Notes: a model not told the origin generated them from the sequence alone. A stretch of 64,000 nt of DNA from an uncultured Planctomycetia bacterium (GCA_964497315.1 CAZCCH010000001.1:56106-120105); one strand, 5' to 3'. Shown: positions 53,193-63,012, counted from the first letter of the stretch. Program-made: numbers and translations.

Positions 53193-54136
53193 TTTAGGCT
53201 TCCAATAAGTTTTTTGATATCTTTTATTTTGTTTCTTTTCATAAATTTTTCTATTCCATCTATAATTTCAATTGTTGCTTTTGGGTTTACTATGCTTGCC
53301 GTGCCCACCTCTACTGCAGTTGCACCTGCAATTAAAAATTCTACTGCGTCTTGCGCATTCATAATCCCACCAACTCCTATTGTAGGTATCTTGACAGCAC
53401 GAGCTACTTCCCATACCATCCTTAATGCAATTGGTTTTATTGCAGGTCCACTTAAGCCACCTATAACATTCCCCAGTTGCGGTTTGCGGGTCTCTATGTC
53501 TATGGCCATTCCAAAAACTGTATTAATAAGGCTTATAGCATCTGAGCCTCCGCTTTCTGCAGCTTTAGCTATCGATGTAATATCTGTAACATTTGGGGAA
53601 AGCTTTGTTATGAGGGTAAGTTTTGTGAGGCGGCGCACTGTCTTGACTGTGTCAAAAACTGCTTTTGGGTCTTGTGCAATTAGCTTAACTTTTGAACCTC
53701 GCTTCTTAGTCCTTTTAATATTTGGGCATGAGATGTTTAATTCAAGAGCGCTAATCCCTTTTGTGCCATTTAGTGTTTTGGTAAGCTTTGTAAATTCTGA
53801 ACTAGATTCACCTGCAATAGACAAAATAATAGGGATGCCCAATTGGCTCAGGATGGGCAATTTCTCCTCGACAAAGGCATTTATCCCATCATTTGAAAGC
53901 CCTATTGCATTGAGCATCCCTGATTCGGTTTCAAAGATTCTCGGCGGAGGATTTCCGACTCGGGGCTTAAGGGTTACTGTTTTAGTAACTATTGCTCCAA
54001 GTCTTTTTAAATCAATGAGTTGCGAGAAATCCTCGCTAAAAGTCCCAGATGCTGTTATTACTGGGTTTTGCAAATACATATTACCACAAAGGTTTCCAAA
54101 TTTCAAGCATTTATTTTTATTTTTTTTCATTGCCAT
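53174..54136 (-). CDS. pyrD: Dihydroorotate dehydrogenase type 1B catalytic subunit
   Basis: NPVITASGT, GNPPPR, NISCPN, KLSPN, GGLSGPAIKP. Confidence 0.95.
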   Translation of the reverse strand: MAMKKNKNKCLKFGNLCGNMYLQNPVITASGTFSEDFSQLIDLKRLGAIVTKTVTLKPRVGNPPPRIFETESGMLNAIGLSNDGINAFVEEKLPILSQLGIPIILSIAGESSSEFTKLTKTLNGTKGISALELNISCPNIKRTKKRGSKVKLIAQDPKAVFDTVKTVRRLTKLTLITKLSPNVTDITSIAKAAESGGSDAISLINTVFGMAIDIETRKPQLGNVIGGLSGPAIKPIALRMVWEVARAVKIPTIGVGGIMNAQDAVEFLIAGATAVEVGTASIVNPKATIEIIDGIEKFMKRNKIKDIKKLIGSLKCKTKS

Positions 54137-54945
54137 AAAATTGCCTCTGCGTTAAACACCGGCCCGTCTTTGCAGACCCGTTTGTACACAAAATTCCTAG
54201 AGCTTGATTTACGCTTTTTAAAACTTTTAATCTTAATAACGCACCCTAAACATGCTCCGAGCCCGCATCCCATCCAGTTTTCAAGCGATATCTGGCAGGG
54301 AATTCTTTTGCTGCCTGAAATTTGTGCAATTTTTTTAAGCATAGGGCTGGGGCCGCAAGCATATATTGCTGTTTGCAAGTTTTTTTCTAATAAATCTGTT
54401 GCTAACCCTTTTTTCCCTAAAGAACCATCTTCCGTTGAAACTAAAACCTTAAAGCCTAGGCTTCGTAATTGACTAACAAAGAAAATTTCTTTTTTTGTCT
54501 TTGCGCCAAGGATTGCTATGTTTTTAATTTTAGATTTTGGTCTTTTGTTTTTTGCTATTTTTTCTGCTAAGAAAAATAAAGGTGCAATCCCCATGCCACC
54601 TGCTACTAATGCTACCGCTTCGTGTTTTTTGCGTGTTGGGCATAAATCAAAACCATTCCCTAAGGGGCCTACGATATCAAGTACTTCACCAGATTTTCTC
54701 TCTGATAAAATTTTTGTGCCTTTTCCCACCACTTTATAAAATATCTCTAAATAATTCTTCCCTACTCGGTGAATGCTCAAAGGTCTACGTAATAATGGAT
54801 TCATGCCTCCATTGCAACGGACATGAATAAACTGTCCTGGTTTGGCACGCCTTGCAATGGTAGGCGCTACGAGTGCCATCTTGAAGTGCTGCGATCCTAT
54901 TTTTTCAATAGAATTAATTTTAACTACAGATTGCGATGCAGGCAT
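54127..54945 (-). CDS. pyrK: Dihydroorotate dehydrogenase electron transfer subunit
   Basis: PGQF, LRRPLS, GGMGIAP, CGP, CGLGACLGC..C [2Fe-2S]. Confidence 0.93.
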   Translation of the reverse strand: MPASQSVVKINSIEKIGSQHFKMALVAPTIARRAKPGQFIHVRCNGGMNPLLRRPLSIHRVGKNYLEIFYKVVGKGTKILSERKSGEVLDIVGPLGNGFDLCPTRKKHEAVALVAGGMGIAPLFFLAEKIAKNKRPKSKIKNIAILGAKTKKEIFFVSQLRSLGFKVLVSTEDGSLGKKGLATDLLEKNLQTAIYACGPSPMLKKIAQISGSKRIPCQISLENWMGCGLGACLGCVIKIKSFKKRKSSSRNFVYKRVCKDGPVFNAEAILWQ

Positions 54946-56180
54946 TAAAATAACTCCATTTGTTTTTCGTTCTTTTCTTCTTCGCTTTCATCAAAAACGC
55001 GTATTGCACCATATACCCCATCATAACCGGGATTAATATTTACCTTACCCTCTCTTACTTTCATAATACCTTTGACAGTTTTAGAGGGGAGAGCGCCATC
55101 TAACTTTTCCTGTGGCATATTCATCAGTATATCAAATTCATTCCCAAGTCTTTGGATGGCTTGTTTATATTCTGTTTCAACTCCTACGGTTTGGGGGTTT
55201 TTGCCTTTGGCATCTGCAATTATTTCAACTAACCGAATTGCATTTTTAAACCCTATTGCACCCTCTGGCTTAAAACCCTCTTCTCTATCAGAAAGCTTCT
55301 CTACCCTGTGCATAACACCAACTGTTACAGATTTTCCGCATTTAGGACAACGCAGATTATTTGAAATTGTATCACGAGGATGCATGTTTACTTCACAAAG
55401 CCTGTGGCCATCCCAGTGATATTTTCCTTCTTGAGGAAAGAATTCTACTGTATACAAAAATCGTTTATTATCTTTTGTCTTTAAAATTTCTAAAATGGTC
55501 TTATAATCAAGTTCGCAGTCGAATACGTTTGCCTCTCTTCCGATGCGATTGGGACTATGGCTGTCAGAGTTTGAAATCAAACAAAACCTATCTAGCGCAC
55601 TTAAACGCCAACACATAGCAGGGTCTGCACTCAAACCTGTCTCTAAGGCAAAGATGTTTTTCGTTTCTTCTTCGAAACAATCTTCAATTATATCAAAACC
55701 TGCATTAGATCCAAATAAACTAAAATGAGGAGTCCATATATGGGCAGGTACAATGAGACAATCTTCACTCGCACCCAATACAATCTTAACTAATTCTTTA
55801 GCCTCAAAATTCAAAATGGGTCTGCCGTCTGCATTTAGGTTTCCAAAATACCCAAGTTCTTTGTTTATTTTTTCTACTGCTTCAAAGGTTGGGGCAAAAA
55901 TTACAATGTGTATCTTTTTGGCCCTACCTGCGACATAAAATATATTGCATACCTCAGCAGTTAAGCAAAAGTGCATACCGTCATATTCAAACAATCCATA
56001 GTCTTTGGGTGTTAGTTTCTCCTGTAAATTCTGAAACCACACAGGATGTGTAAAATCTCCCGTACCTAAAAGATTTACTCCCTTCCACTTGGCCCATTGG
56101 CTTAGGGCCTCTATGTCCATATCACGGCTTGTCGCCCTGCTATATTTTGAGTGGATGTGAAAATCAGCTATAATTCTCAT
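54945..56180 (-). CDS. PHP-domain endonuclease Q-like protein
   Basis: ADFHIHSKYSRATS, GTGDFTHP, PAHIWTP, ETGLSAD, SNSDSHS, EGKYH, CPKCG..GV, PGYDGVYG. Confidence 0.8.
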   Translation of the reverse strand: MRIIADFHIHSKYSRATSRDMDIEALSQWAKWKGVNLLGTGDFTHPVWFQNLQEKLTPKDYGLFEYDGMHFCLTAEVCNIFYVAGRAKKIHIVIFAPTFEAVEKINKELGYFGNLNADGRPILNFEAKELVKIVLGASEDCLIVPAHIWTPHFSLFGSNAGFDIIEDCFEEETKNIFALETGLSADPAMCWRLSALDRFCLISNSDSHSPNRIGREANVFDCELDYKTILEILKTKDNKRFLYTVEFFPQEGKYHWDGHRLCEVNMHPRDTISNNLRCPKCGKSVTVGVMHRVEKLSDREEGFKPEGAIGFKNAIRLVEIIADAKGKNPQTVGVETEYKQAIQRLGNEFDILMNMPQEKLDGALPSKTVKGIMKVREGKVNINPGYDGVYGAIRVFDESEEEKNEKQMELF

Positions 56181-56638
56181 TTTGCAATCTTTATTTCACT
56201 AAAATATTTTTTTGCATTTCCCCAATGCGTACCTGCCCAATATATCTGTTTACACACAGGGCAAGTAGTAAAATCTTTTTGTGTTTTATAAACAAACGGC
56301 GGAACCTTCGCCTTTATCTGCCTCTTGGCTATTTGCTTTAATTCTTCATTGCAAGTTATACAGCGTGTAAACATAAGATCTTTTTTACGTTTTAAGCCAA
56401 GGGCCTTAAAAACTTGCGCTATTTGTTCTGTTATGGAATCGCTTTTTATCTTAAGCAGCCTTATCCCTCTATGGGTTGGGACCTTATTGTCCTTAGTTAA
56501 AAGTGTTCTCTCTTCTCTTAATGCTGCAATTGTTAGTATTGGAACATTTTCTGACTTATAATACAACGTATCGTATCCTAATATCCTAAGCCATCTGCAG
56601 AGCTTTCCTAATTCGCTCGTTACTATAAATCTTTCCAT
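56177..56638 (-). CDS. Mut7-C RNase-domain protein
   Basis: LGKLCRWLRILGYDT, TRCITCN, CPVC.QIYWAGTHW. Confidence 0.88.
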   Translation of the reverse strand: MERFIVTSELGKLCRWLRILGYDTLYYKSENVPILTIAALREERTLLTKDNKVPTHRGIRLLKIKSDSITEQIAQVFKALGLKRKKDLMFTRCITCNEELKQIAKRQIKAKVPPFVYKTQKDFTTCPVCKQIYWAGTHWGNAKKYFSEIKIAK

Positions 56639-56653
56639 GCCGCACTGGCAGTA

Positions 56654-56920
56654 TCAATAGTTAAGAATCCTGTTTAGTTTCTTAATCTTTTTATCTGCTT
56701 CCTTGGCATAGCTGGTATTCGGATAGCCTTTAGAGACTTTTTGATAATAATCTAAGGCCTCTTCATAGTCTTCCATTTTATACAAAAGGTGTGCTGTGCG
56801 AATCCAGTCTCCTGCTATTTCCCTACCTTTAACATCAAGTCTTGTGAATTTAGAAGTCCCGCAACCTGTAAAAACGACGCAAACCAAAATCAAAATAGCT
56901 AAAACCCTTTTATCCGTCAT
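56654..56920 (-). CDS. Small TPR lipoprotein
   Basis: Lipobox FTGC, TPR-like YEEALDYYQKV..YPNT; SD before ATG at 56920. Confidence 0.65.
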   Translation of the reverse strand: MTDKRVLAILILVCVVFTGCGTSKFTRLDVKGREIAGDWIRTAHLLYKMEDYEEALDYYQKVSKGYPNTSYAKEADKKIKKLNRILNY

Positions 56921-58202
56921 TTGTCCCCCCTCTTTGATAAATAACTTTGCCATGGCAAATAGTAGCTATCACTACACCTGGTAATTCCCAGCCAATGAAA
57001 GGTGAGTTTTTAGACATGCTTACTATTTTATCACGCTTTACGGTCCACTTGCTATCTGGGTCGAATATTAAAATATCCGCTTGTGAACCAACTGAAAGTG
57101 TGCCAGCATTAATTCCTAGAATCTTTGCTGGGTTTAAAGACATCTTCTCAATTAATTTTTCAATTGGAAGGATTTTTGTTTGAACCAACTCCTTTATGCC
57201 TAAACTCAAGGTAGTTTCAAAACCTATCATTCCTGAAGGGGCAAGTTGAAACTCTACATCCTTTTCTGCCTCTGAGTGAGGTGCATGGTCTGTTGTAATA
57301 ACATCTATAACTCCCTCTGCCAAAGCCTTTTTTATGGCCTCCACATCTTTTTTTGTTCTAAGTGGCGGGTTTACCTTAGTACTTGTATCAAAGTTTTTTA
57401 CAGCCTCGTCTGTCAAGGCAAAGTAATGCGGGCATGTTTCTGCTGTCACTGAAACACCTTCTTTTTTTGCAAGCTTTATTGCCTTAATTGATTCCTCGCA
57501 ACTTACATGTGCAATATGGATTTTACTACCTGTAAGCTTTGCAAGCTGAAGATCTCTTTGTACTGCTGTTGACTCAGCGGCTTTTGGGATAGGTTTAAAA
57601 CCCAAAAGCGTTGAAGTAAGTCCCTCATTCATTACCCCATTGCCACTCAGGTTTAAATCTTCGCAATGACTGATGAGGACTACATCAAGCATCTTTGCAT
57701 ATTCAAGGGCGCGTCTAAGAACCTCGGCATTTATAACAGGTTTTCCGTCATCGGAAATAGCTACGGCCCCTGCGTCTTTTAAATCGCCTATTTCAGAAAG
57801 CACATCCCCCTTTAACCCTTTTGTAATAGCTGCTATTGGATAAACATTTACAAGCCCTGCCTTTCTTGCTTCAGAAAAGACAAATTCAACTTGTCCGCGA
57901 TTATCGCAAACAGGGTCTGTGTTGGGCATTGCACACACCGACGTAATGCCTCCCTTTGCTGCTGATTTACTCGCTGAGAAAACAGTTTCTTCATCTTCCC
58001 TGCCAGGCTGACGCAGGTGTGCATGCATATCGAAAAGGCCGGGGGCTGCTATCTTCCCCTTTGCATCAATAACCTTTGCGCTAGTTGTCTTTATGTTTTT
58101 TGCGACCTTGCTAATCTTGCCTTTTTCAATAAGAATGTCTGATTCTTCATTTATCTTATTGGCCGGATCTATTACATGAGCGTTTTTGATTAAAATATCC
58201 AC
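56910..58202 (-). CDS. pyrC: Dihydroorotase
   Basis: DMHAHLRQPG, MPNT, KVNPPLR, TDHAPH. Confidence 0.95.
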   Translation of the reverse strand: MDILIKNAHVIDPANKINEESDILIEKGKISKVAKNIKTTSAKVIDAKGKIAAPGLFDMHAHLRQPGREDEETVFSASKSAAKGGITSVCAMPNTDPVCDNRGQVEFVFSEARKAGLVNVYPIAAITKGLKGDVLSEIGDLKDAGAVAISDDGKPVINAEVLRRALEYAKMLDVVLISHCEDLNLSGNGVMNEGLTSTLLGFKPIPKAAESTAVQRDLQLAKLTGSKIHIAHVSCEESIKAIKLAKKEGVSVTAETCPHYFALTDEAVKNFDTSTKVNPPLRTKKDVEAIKKALAEGVIDVITTDHAPHSEAEKDVEFQLAPSGMIGFETTLSLGIKELVQTKILPIEKLIEKMSLNPAKILGINAGTLSVGSQADILIFDPDSKWTVKRDKIVSMSKNSPFIGWELPGVVIATICHGKVIYQRGGTNDG

Positions 58203-58207
58203 GTACC

Positions 58208-59140
58208 TTACTCCCCTTTTTCACCTTGACCTAATACTAAATATAAAACTGCCATGCGTATAGCGATGCCGTTTGTGACTTGTTCTAATATTACAGAATA
58301 TTTTCCATCCGCTACTTCTGGAGTAAGCTCAATGCCCCTGTTGATAGGACCTGGGTGCATTATTAAAACATCTTTTTTGGCCCATTGCATCTTTTGGTTG
58401 TCTATGCCAAATTTTTGCGAATATTCTCTTATTGATGGAAAAAGTCCTTTCTTCTGGCGTTCTAATTGTATGCGTAAAATATTTAAAACATCCGCTCCCT
58501 CTATGGCTTCTTTAATATCAGTGGTTACCCTAACACCCAGCTTTTCAATTTCAGCAGGAAGCAAGGTGGTGGGCCCGCACACCGTTACATTAGCACCTAG
58601 TTTTGTTAATCCAAATATATTTGAGCGCGCAACCCTTGAGTGTGCGATGTCACCTATTATGGAAACATTAAGCCCTTTAATGCGACCCTTCTTTTCTTTG
58701 ATAGTATATATATCTAGAAGTGCCTGCGTTGGGTGCTCATGAGCACCATCACCGGCATTTATAACAGAGGGCTCAATGGCCTTTGCTAAAATATGCGGTG
58801 CTCCAACACAAGAATGCCTCATTATAATTACATCAACCTTCATTGCCTCAATATTTCTTATTGTGTCTTTCAGGGTCTCACCCTTAGTAAGGCTGCTTGA
58901 TGAGCCGGCTACACTCAGTGTGTCTGCGCTGAGTCTTTTTGCGGCTAATTCAAAGGATGTTCTTGTCCTGGTAGAGGGTTCAAAGAAAAACAAAACTATG
59001 GTTTTTCCTCTTAGGGCTGGAACTTTTTTAATCGGTCTTGTTGAAATCTCCTTAAAAGAATCCGCCTGTTGTAAAATAAGATTTATCTCATCAGCTGATA
59101 AATTTTCTAGACCCAGGAGATCTTTTTTTGTCCACTTCAT
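58208..59140 (-). CDS. pyrB: Aspartate carbamoyltransferase catalytic subunit
   Basis: FFEPSTRTR, INAGDG.HEHPTQ, HPGP. Confidence 0.97.
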   Translation of the reverse strand: MKWTKKDLLGLENLSADEINLILQQADSFKEISTRPIKKVPALRGKTIVLFFFEPSTRTRTSFELAAKRLSADTLSVAGSSSSLTKGETLKDTIRNIEAMKVDVIIMRHSCVGAPHILAKAIEPSVINAGDGAHEHPTQALLDIYTIKEKKGRIKGLNVSIIGDIAHSRVARSNIFGLTKLGANVTVCGPTTLLPAEIEKLGVRVTTDIKEAIEGADVLNILRIQLERQKKGLFPSIREYSQKFGIDNQKMQWAKKDVLIMHPGPINRGIELTPEVADGKYSVILEQVTNGIAIRMAVLYLVLGQGEKGE

Positions 59141-59694
59141 TTTTGCTCCTCTAAAACTTCTTGCACCACAATTTCATCGGTGCCATCTGATTCTTTTAGT
59201 TTCACCTGAACGGTTTCATTTTGTGCAGTAGGAATATTTTTACCAACATAATCGGGTCTTATGGGTAATTCCCTATGACCCCTATCTACCAACACTGCTA
59301 ATTGAATGCACTTTGGTCTTCCAAAATCAATTAATGCATCCAGTGCACAGCGTATAGTCCTTCCTGTATACAAAACATCATCTACTAAAATTATTGCCTT
59401 TGCTGTAATATCAAAACCTATTTCTGTCTTATGGACAACCGGATTTGGGGCAATTCTGGTAAAATCATCCCTATAAAGCGTAATATCCAGAATACCTACG
59501 GGTGGTTTTTGTTGTTCGATTTTCTCAATAATGTTTGCTATTCTTTCTGCTAGGTGAGCCCCCCTGTCTCTAATGCCTACTATAGCAATATTAGAGACGT
59601 CCTTATTTTTCTCCAAAATCTCATGAGAGATGCGCCTTAGTGTCCTGGCCATTGCTTCTTTATCCATAATCTTTGACTTATCTCTAAGATTCAT
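59137..59694 (-). CDS. pyrR: Pyrimidine attenuation protein / uracil PRTase PyrR
   Basis: RISHEILE, LDITLYRDD, VDDVLYTGRT, DRGHRELPI. Confidence 0.96.
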   Translation of the reverse strand: MNLRDKSKIMDKEAMARTLRRISHEILEKNKDVSNIAIVGIRDRGAHLAERIANIIEKIEQQKPPVGILDITLYRDDFTRIAPNPVVHKTEIGFDITAKAIILVDDVLYTGRTIRCALDALIDFGRPKCIQLAVLVDRGHRELPIRPDYVGKNIPTAQNETVQVKLKESDGTDEIVVQEVLEEQK

Positions 59695-59708
59695 AGCTAA
59701 CCTCACTT

Positions 59709-59746
59709 AAAAAAAATAACCCACCTACTCTAAAAGTAGCTGGGTT
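59709..59746 (-). terminator. Attenuator terminator of the pyr leader
   Basis: AACCCAGCTACT-TTTAG-AGTAGGTGGGTT hairpin followed by T8, directly before the pyrR SD. Confidence 0.8.
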
Positions 59747-59792
59747 GCTATAACTTCCTATTTTAAAAGTTCTTTTGTAGATCATTTTGGCT

Positions 59793-59825
59793 CCTTTGCC
59801 AACCTCTCTGGGTTGACTTAAAAGG
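59793..59825 (-). promoter_or_regulatory. PyrR-binding RNA element
   Basis: CCTTTTAAGTCAACCCAGAGAGGTTGGCAAAGG stem-loop with CCAGAGAGG (CCNGNGAGG consensus). Confidence 0.82.
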
Positions 59826-59841
59826 TGTTTAAGTTCTTGTA

Positions 59842-59870
59842 ATTCTAGCATTTTAGGCTTGATTTGTCAA
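59842..59870 (-). promoter_or_regulatory. pyr operon promoter
   Basis: TTGACA-17bp-TAGAAT with TGn extension. Confidence 0.75.
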
Positions 59871-59881
59871 GGAAAATATTG

Positions 59882-60544
59882 TTATTTTTGGTTAATAACT
59901 ACTACGAATTCACCCCTTGGTTTACGCATCTTAAAATGCTCAAGAAGCTCTAGCGCAGCACCCCTTTTTACTTCCTCGAATTTTTTCGTAACCTCCCGTA
60001 TATAAACAACTTGCGCTTTTGGAAGGATGTCTGAGATATCAGCCAACGCCTTAACTATTCTATGGGGAGATTCGTACAATATAATAGTCCTTTTTTCACA
60101 AGCTAATTCCTTAAGCCTTTTTCTCCTGGCAGCAGATTTGTGCGATAAAAACCCCTCAAAGACAAACTTATCTGTTGGCAACCCAGATAGCACAAGCCCA
60201 CTAACCAAAGCACAGGCACCAGGTATAGTTGTGACCTCTAAGCCACTCTTTATTGCTTCCCTTATTATATAAAACCCTGGATCAGAAATACCAGGGGTCC
60301 CTGCATCAGAAACCAGCGCTACATTTTTACCTTCTTTAAGGAACCTAATAATATAATCTGCTTTTTTAATCTTATTATGTTCAAAATAGCTCGTTAAGGG
60401 CTTGGATATGCTATATGCCTTGAGAAGCTTTCCTGTGTGGCGGGTGTCTTCTGCTGCAATTAAATCAACGGCCCTCAAAACTTCGAGGGCTCGTAGGGTA
60501 ATGTCTTTTAAATTACCTATGGGTGTCGCAACTATATAAAGCAT
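59882..60544 (-). CDS. rsmI: 16S rRNA C1402 2'-O-methyltransferase
   Basis: LYIVATPIGNLKDIT, AEDTR, SDAGTPGISDPG, YESPHR. Confidence 0.95.
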   Translation of the reverse strand: MLYIVATPIGNLKDITLRALEVLRAVDLIAAEDTRHTGKLLKAYSISKPLTSYFEHNKIKKADYIIRFLKEGKNVALVSDAGTPGISDPGFYIIREAIKSGLEVTTIPGACALVSGLVLSGLPTDKFVFEGFLSHKSAARRKRLKELACEKRTIILYESPHRIVKALADISDILPKAQVVYIREVTKKFEEVKRGAALELLEHFKMRKPRGEFVVVINQK

Positions 60545-60547
60545 GGT

Positions 60548-61402
60548 CTATCCTATTTTTGCAGCTAATGCCTCTAGCTTTGCAACCCTCTGTTCTACTG
60601 GTGGGTGCGTGCTAAACAATCGTGCCATACCGCCACCTGTTAGGGGATTAACGATAAACATGTGTGCAGTAGCAGGAGATGCTTTTTGCATTGGAGTTCT
60701 TTGTGAGCTAAGGTGTAGTTTGCGCAAGGCATTTGCTAATCCTTGGGGTTTACCACAAAATCTTCCGCCTTTTTCATCTGCCCTGAATTCCCCGGCACGA
60801 GATATTGCAAGTTGAATTAATATTGCTGCAATTGGTGCAACTATGGCAACAAGTAAAAGCCCTAATGCGCTGCCACCGCGCCTATCCCTTCCTCCGAATC
60901 CTCCAAAAATTGCAGTCCATCTAGCCATGTTGGCTAACATAAATATCGCACCGGCAATTGTTGCAGCAATGCTACCTATTAAAATGTCCCTGTTTTTCAC
61001 ATGAGCCAATTCATGCGCTAGGACACCTTCTAGCTCATCTTCATTTAGAAGTTGTAGAACCCCTTCTGTTACAGCCACTGCAGCATGATTTGGATTGCGT
61101 CCTGTAGCAAATGCGTTTGGAGCTTGGGTTGGGACTATATAAATTTTAGGCATGGGCAAGCTTGCCTTTTGTGTAAGCTCGCGGACTATTCTAAAAACAG
61201 CAGGGATTTCTGCTTCTTTGGCTTCTTGTGCTTTATACATCATAAGCACTATTCTGTCTGAAAACCAAAAACTGGTGAAATTTAACACCAAGGCAAATGT
61301 AAAGGCTATCATCATTCCGCCTCTGCCGCCAATCATGCCTCCAACCCAAACAAGCAAAAGTGTCAATGCGGTTAAAAGAACCATTGTTTTAAATATATTC
61401 AT
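60548..61402 (-). CDS. htpX: Zinc metalloprotease HtpX
   Basis: [30 protein letters not shown]. Confidence 0.95.
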   Translation of the reverse strand: MNIFKTMVLLTALTLLLVWVGGMIGGRGGMMIAFTFALVLNFTSFWFSDRIVLMMYKAQEAKEAEIPAVFRIVRELTQKASLPMPKIYIVPTQAPNAFATGRNPNHAAVAVTEGVLQLLNEDELEGVLAHELAHVKNRDILIGSIAATIAGAIFMLANMARWTAIFGGFGGRDRRGGSALGLLLVAIVAPIAAILIQLAISRAGEFRADEKGGRFCGKPQGLANALRKLHLSSQRTPMQKASPATAHMFIVNPLTGGGMARLFSTHPPVEQRVAKLEALAAKIG

Positions 61403-61610
61403 TTTCCTATCCCCCCTGACTACGCAAGTAGCATCAAAGCTTTCTATTTATAAAACTGGCGTCTCCACCCTGACTCCTTCAACGCGGACAAATTATTGTC
61501 TCTGTGGGAATGCATTTTCCGTTTCCCCCTATTATATCAGATAATAATTCCCTGTAAAGCTCCATTTTGAATACATGGCAAAGTAAAATACTTGGTTTTC
61601 AAAATCAGCA

Positions 61611-61630
61611 ATACTACTTATAAGTAGTAT
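61611..61630. promoter_or_regulatory. Perfect 20-bp palindrome ATACTACTTATAAGTAGTAT (copy downstream of TA operon)
   Basis: Read directly; identical to the copy at 62905-62924. Confidence 0.75.
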
Positions 61631-61646
61631 ACAAAATTTTATAACT

Positions 61647-62165
61647 TTATTTTAGCGCAACAACTAATTTTTTATCAAAGGCATCCGCTATCCGCTTAAG
61701 AGTGCCTATTGAAATATTCTCGCGACCGCTTTCAATCTTAGAAATATACTGCTGAATTACGCCTAATTTTTTCGCTAGCTCTTTTTGTGTGTACCCCAGC
61801 TTTATGCGTATGTCTCTGATTTGGCCAGCTAATGCTGCTCTTTCTGGTGGAATTTTTGTTCTTTGGGGCACCTGTCTTATTGCCACCCCCTTTTCTTTTA
61901 AAACCTCAAGGCGGCGTTCATGCATAGCTTGCCAAAAAACTATCTTGTTTTTAAGCCAGCGATCTCTTGCTAACCTTTTCTTTATGCCTGGCCAGCTTTT
62001 ACAAAAAACTACTTCATCGATGTAGCCAAAAACTACCGTAGGATCCGAAACCCTGGACAAAAGCTTCGCTGCGTACATTTCGAATTTCGGATGTTTTGCA
62101 TTTTTTAAAATGGCTCGCGCCTCTTTTTTGCTCAATTTACTATCCCACAACCAATTAGTTTTCAT
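61647..62165 (-). CDS. XRE-family HTH protein, putative antitoxin/repressor
   Basis: N-terminal WLWD domain; C-terminal IRDIRIKLGYTQKELAKKLGV.QQYISKIESG HTH. Confidence 0.8.
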   Translation of the reverse strand: MKTNWLWDSKLSKKEARAILKNAKHPKFEMYAAKLLSRVSDPTVVFGYIDEVVFCKSWPGIKKRLARDRWLKNKIVFWQAMHERRLEVLKEKGVAIRQVPQRTKIPPERAALAGQIRDIRIKLGYTQKELAKKLGVIQQYISKIESGRENISIGTLKRIADAFDKKLVVALK

Positions 62166-62175
62166 TTTTTCAACC

Positions 62176-62874
62176 TCACGTCATTAGTTTATCCGGTAAC
62201 TTCTTTAAAATTTCATCATCAAGATGTTTTAAAATTTTTGCCGTATCAACTTTTGCAACTAAATCCAACAACTCAAGTTTTAGTTCCATTCTGTTAAAAC
62301 TTTTAAACCAGCCAATCAAACGCTCTGCTTTATCGTAAGAAAAATACTCAAAGAAAAAATCTGACACGGGCTTATAGTGTTTAGATAAATAATAAACATC
62401 GAATAGATCCTTTGCCGTCTGGCGACCCGTAGCCATAACATCTCCGGTGATACTTCTTTTTTCCTGGAACCCCATGGTTGCAGTAAGCTTTCTGAAATAG
62501 ATATCTTCTATAGAGTGAAGTCCATTTCTTACCCTCTTGATGTTTTCTTGAAAATCCTGAACGAAGTCTATTTTTAAAACATTGTTTTTCTCTAGTTGCA
62601 AAAAATAGACTTTCATGGGTATTAATTCAGGATCATTCTGTTCGGCTTCAAGTTTAAAATCAAAACCTGTCTTTTTTGAAACAAATTTCATTATTCGTTC
62701 AGGGTTTTTCTGTTTATGCTTTTGGCTGAAAAAATCCAAATCTTCAGAAAATCTATGGTTAAAATAAAAAGATAGAGCTGTGCCTCCTGTCAAATAATAG
62801 GTCTTAAAGTTTTCTGTTACTGTCTTTGATATTCTTCTCTGCTGCTTTTTAATATAGGCGATTTCGCTTTTCAT
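62176..62874 (-). CDS. AbiEii/AbiGii-family nucleotidyltransferase toxin
   Basis: YLTGGTALS..FNHRFSEDLDFF and R..AKDLFDVY motifs. Confidence 0.88.
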   Translation of the reverse strand: MKSEIAYIKKQQRRISKTVTENFKTYYLTGGTALSFYFNHRFSEDLDFFSQKHKQKNPERIMKFVSKKTGFDFKLEAEQNDPELIPMKVYFLQLEKNNVLKIDFVQDFQENIKRVRNGLHSIEDIYFRKLTATMGFQEKRSITGDVMATGRQTAKDLFDVYYLSKHYKPVSDFFFEYFSYDKAERLIGWFKSFNRMELKLELLDLVAKVDTAKILKHLDDEILKKLPDKLMT

Positions 62875-62901
62875 TGACTTCTCCTTTTATCTCTACTATA
62901 A

Positions 62902-62930
62902 ATTATACTACTTATAAGTAGTATTGTCAA
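62902..62930 (-). promoter_or_regulatory. Consensus promoter of the AbiEii-XRE operon with overlapping palindromic operator (62905-62924)
   Basis: TTGACA-17bp-TATAAT; the palindrome fills the spacer and overlaps -10. Confidence 0.85.
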
Positions 62931-62939
62931 GCAAAATAA

Positions 62940-62962
62940 TGGCGTCCCCACGGGGACTTGAA
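62940..62962 (-). mobile_element. att site: duplicated tRNA 3' end (tRNA-Glu-like) TTCAAGTCCCCGTGGGGACGCCA
   Basis: T-loop half, T-stem, acceptor strand and CCA without any 5' tRNA half; about 100 bp from the integrase stop. Confidence 0.75.
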
Positions 62963-62987
62963 TTCATTTGAGCTCATTATAGCACTT

Positions 62988-63012
62988 TCACCACCAAAAG
63001 TCACCACCAAAA
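62988..63012 (+). repeat. Tandem 12-bp direct repeat TCACCACCAAAA (putative integrase arm-type sites)
   Basis: Copies at 62988-62999 and 63001-63012 between att and integrase. Confidence 0.6.

Noticed and set aside
53187-54155. 322-aa plus-strand ORF
   Set aside because: Antisense shadow of pyrD with no recognisable motifs
62940-62962. Functional tRNA, or second exon of another intron-split tRNA
   Set aside because: No 5' half or group II DV/DVI adjacent; the neighbouring integrase favours an att duplication
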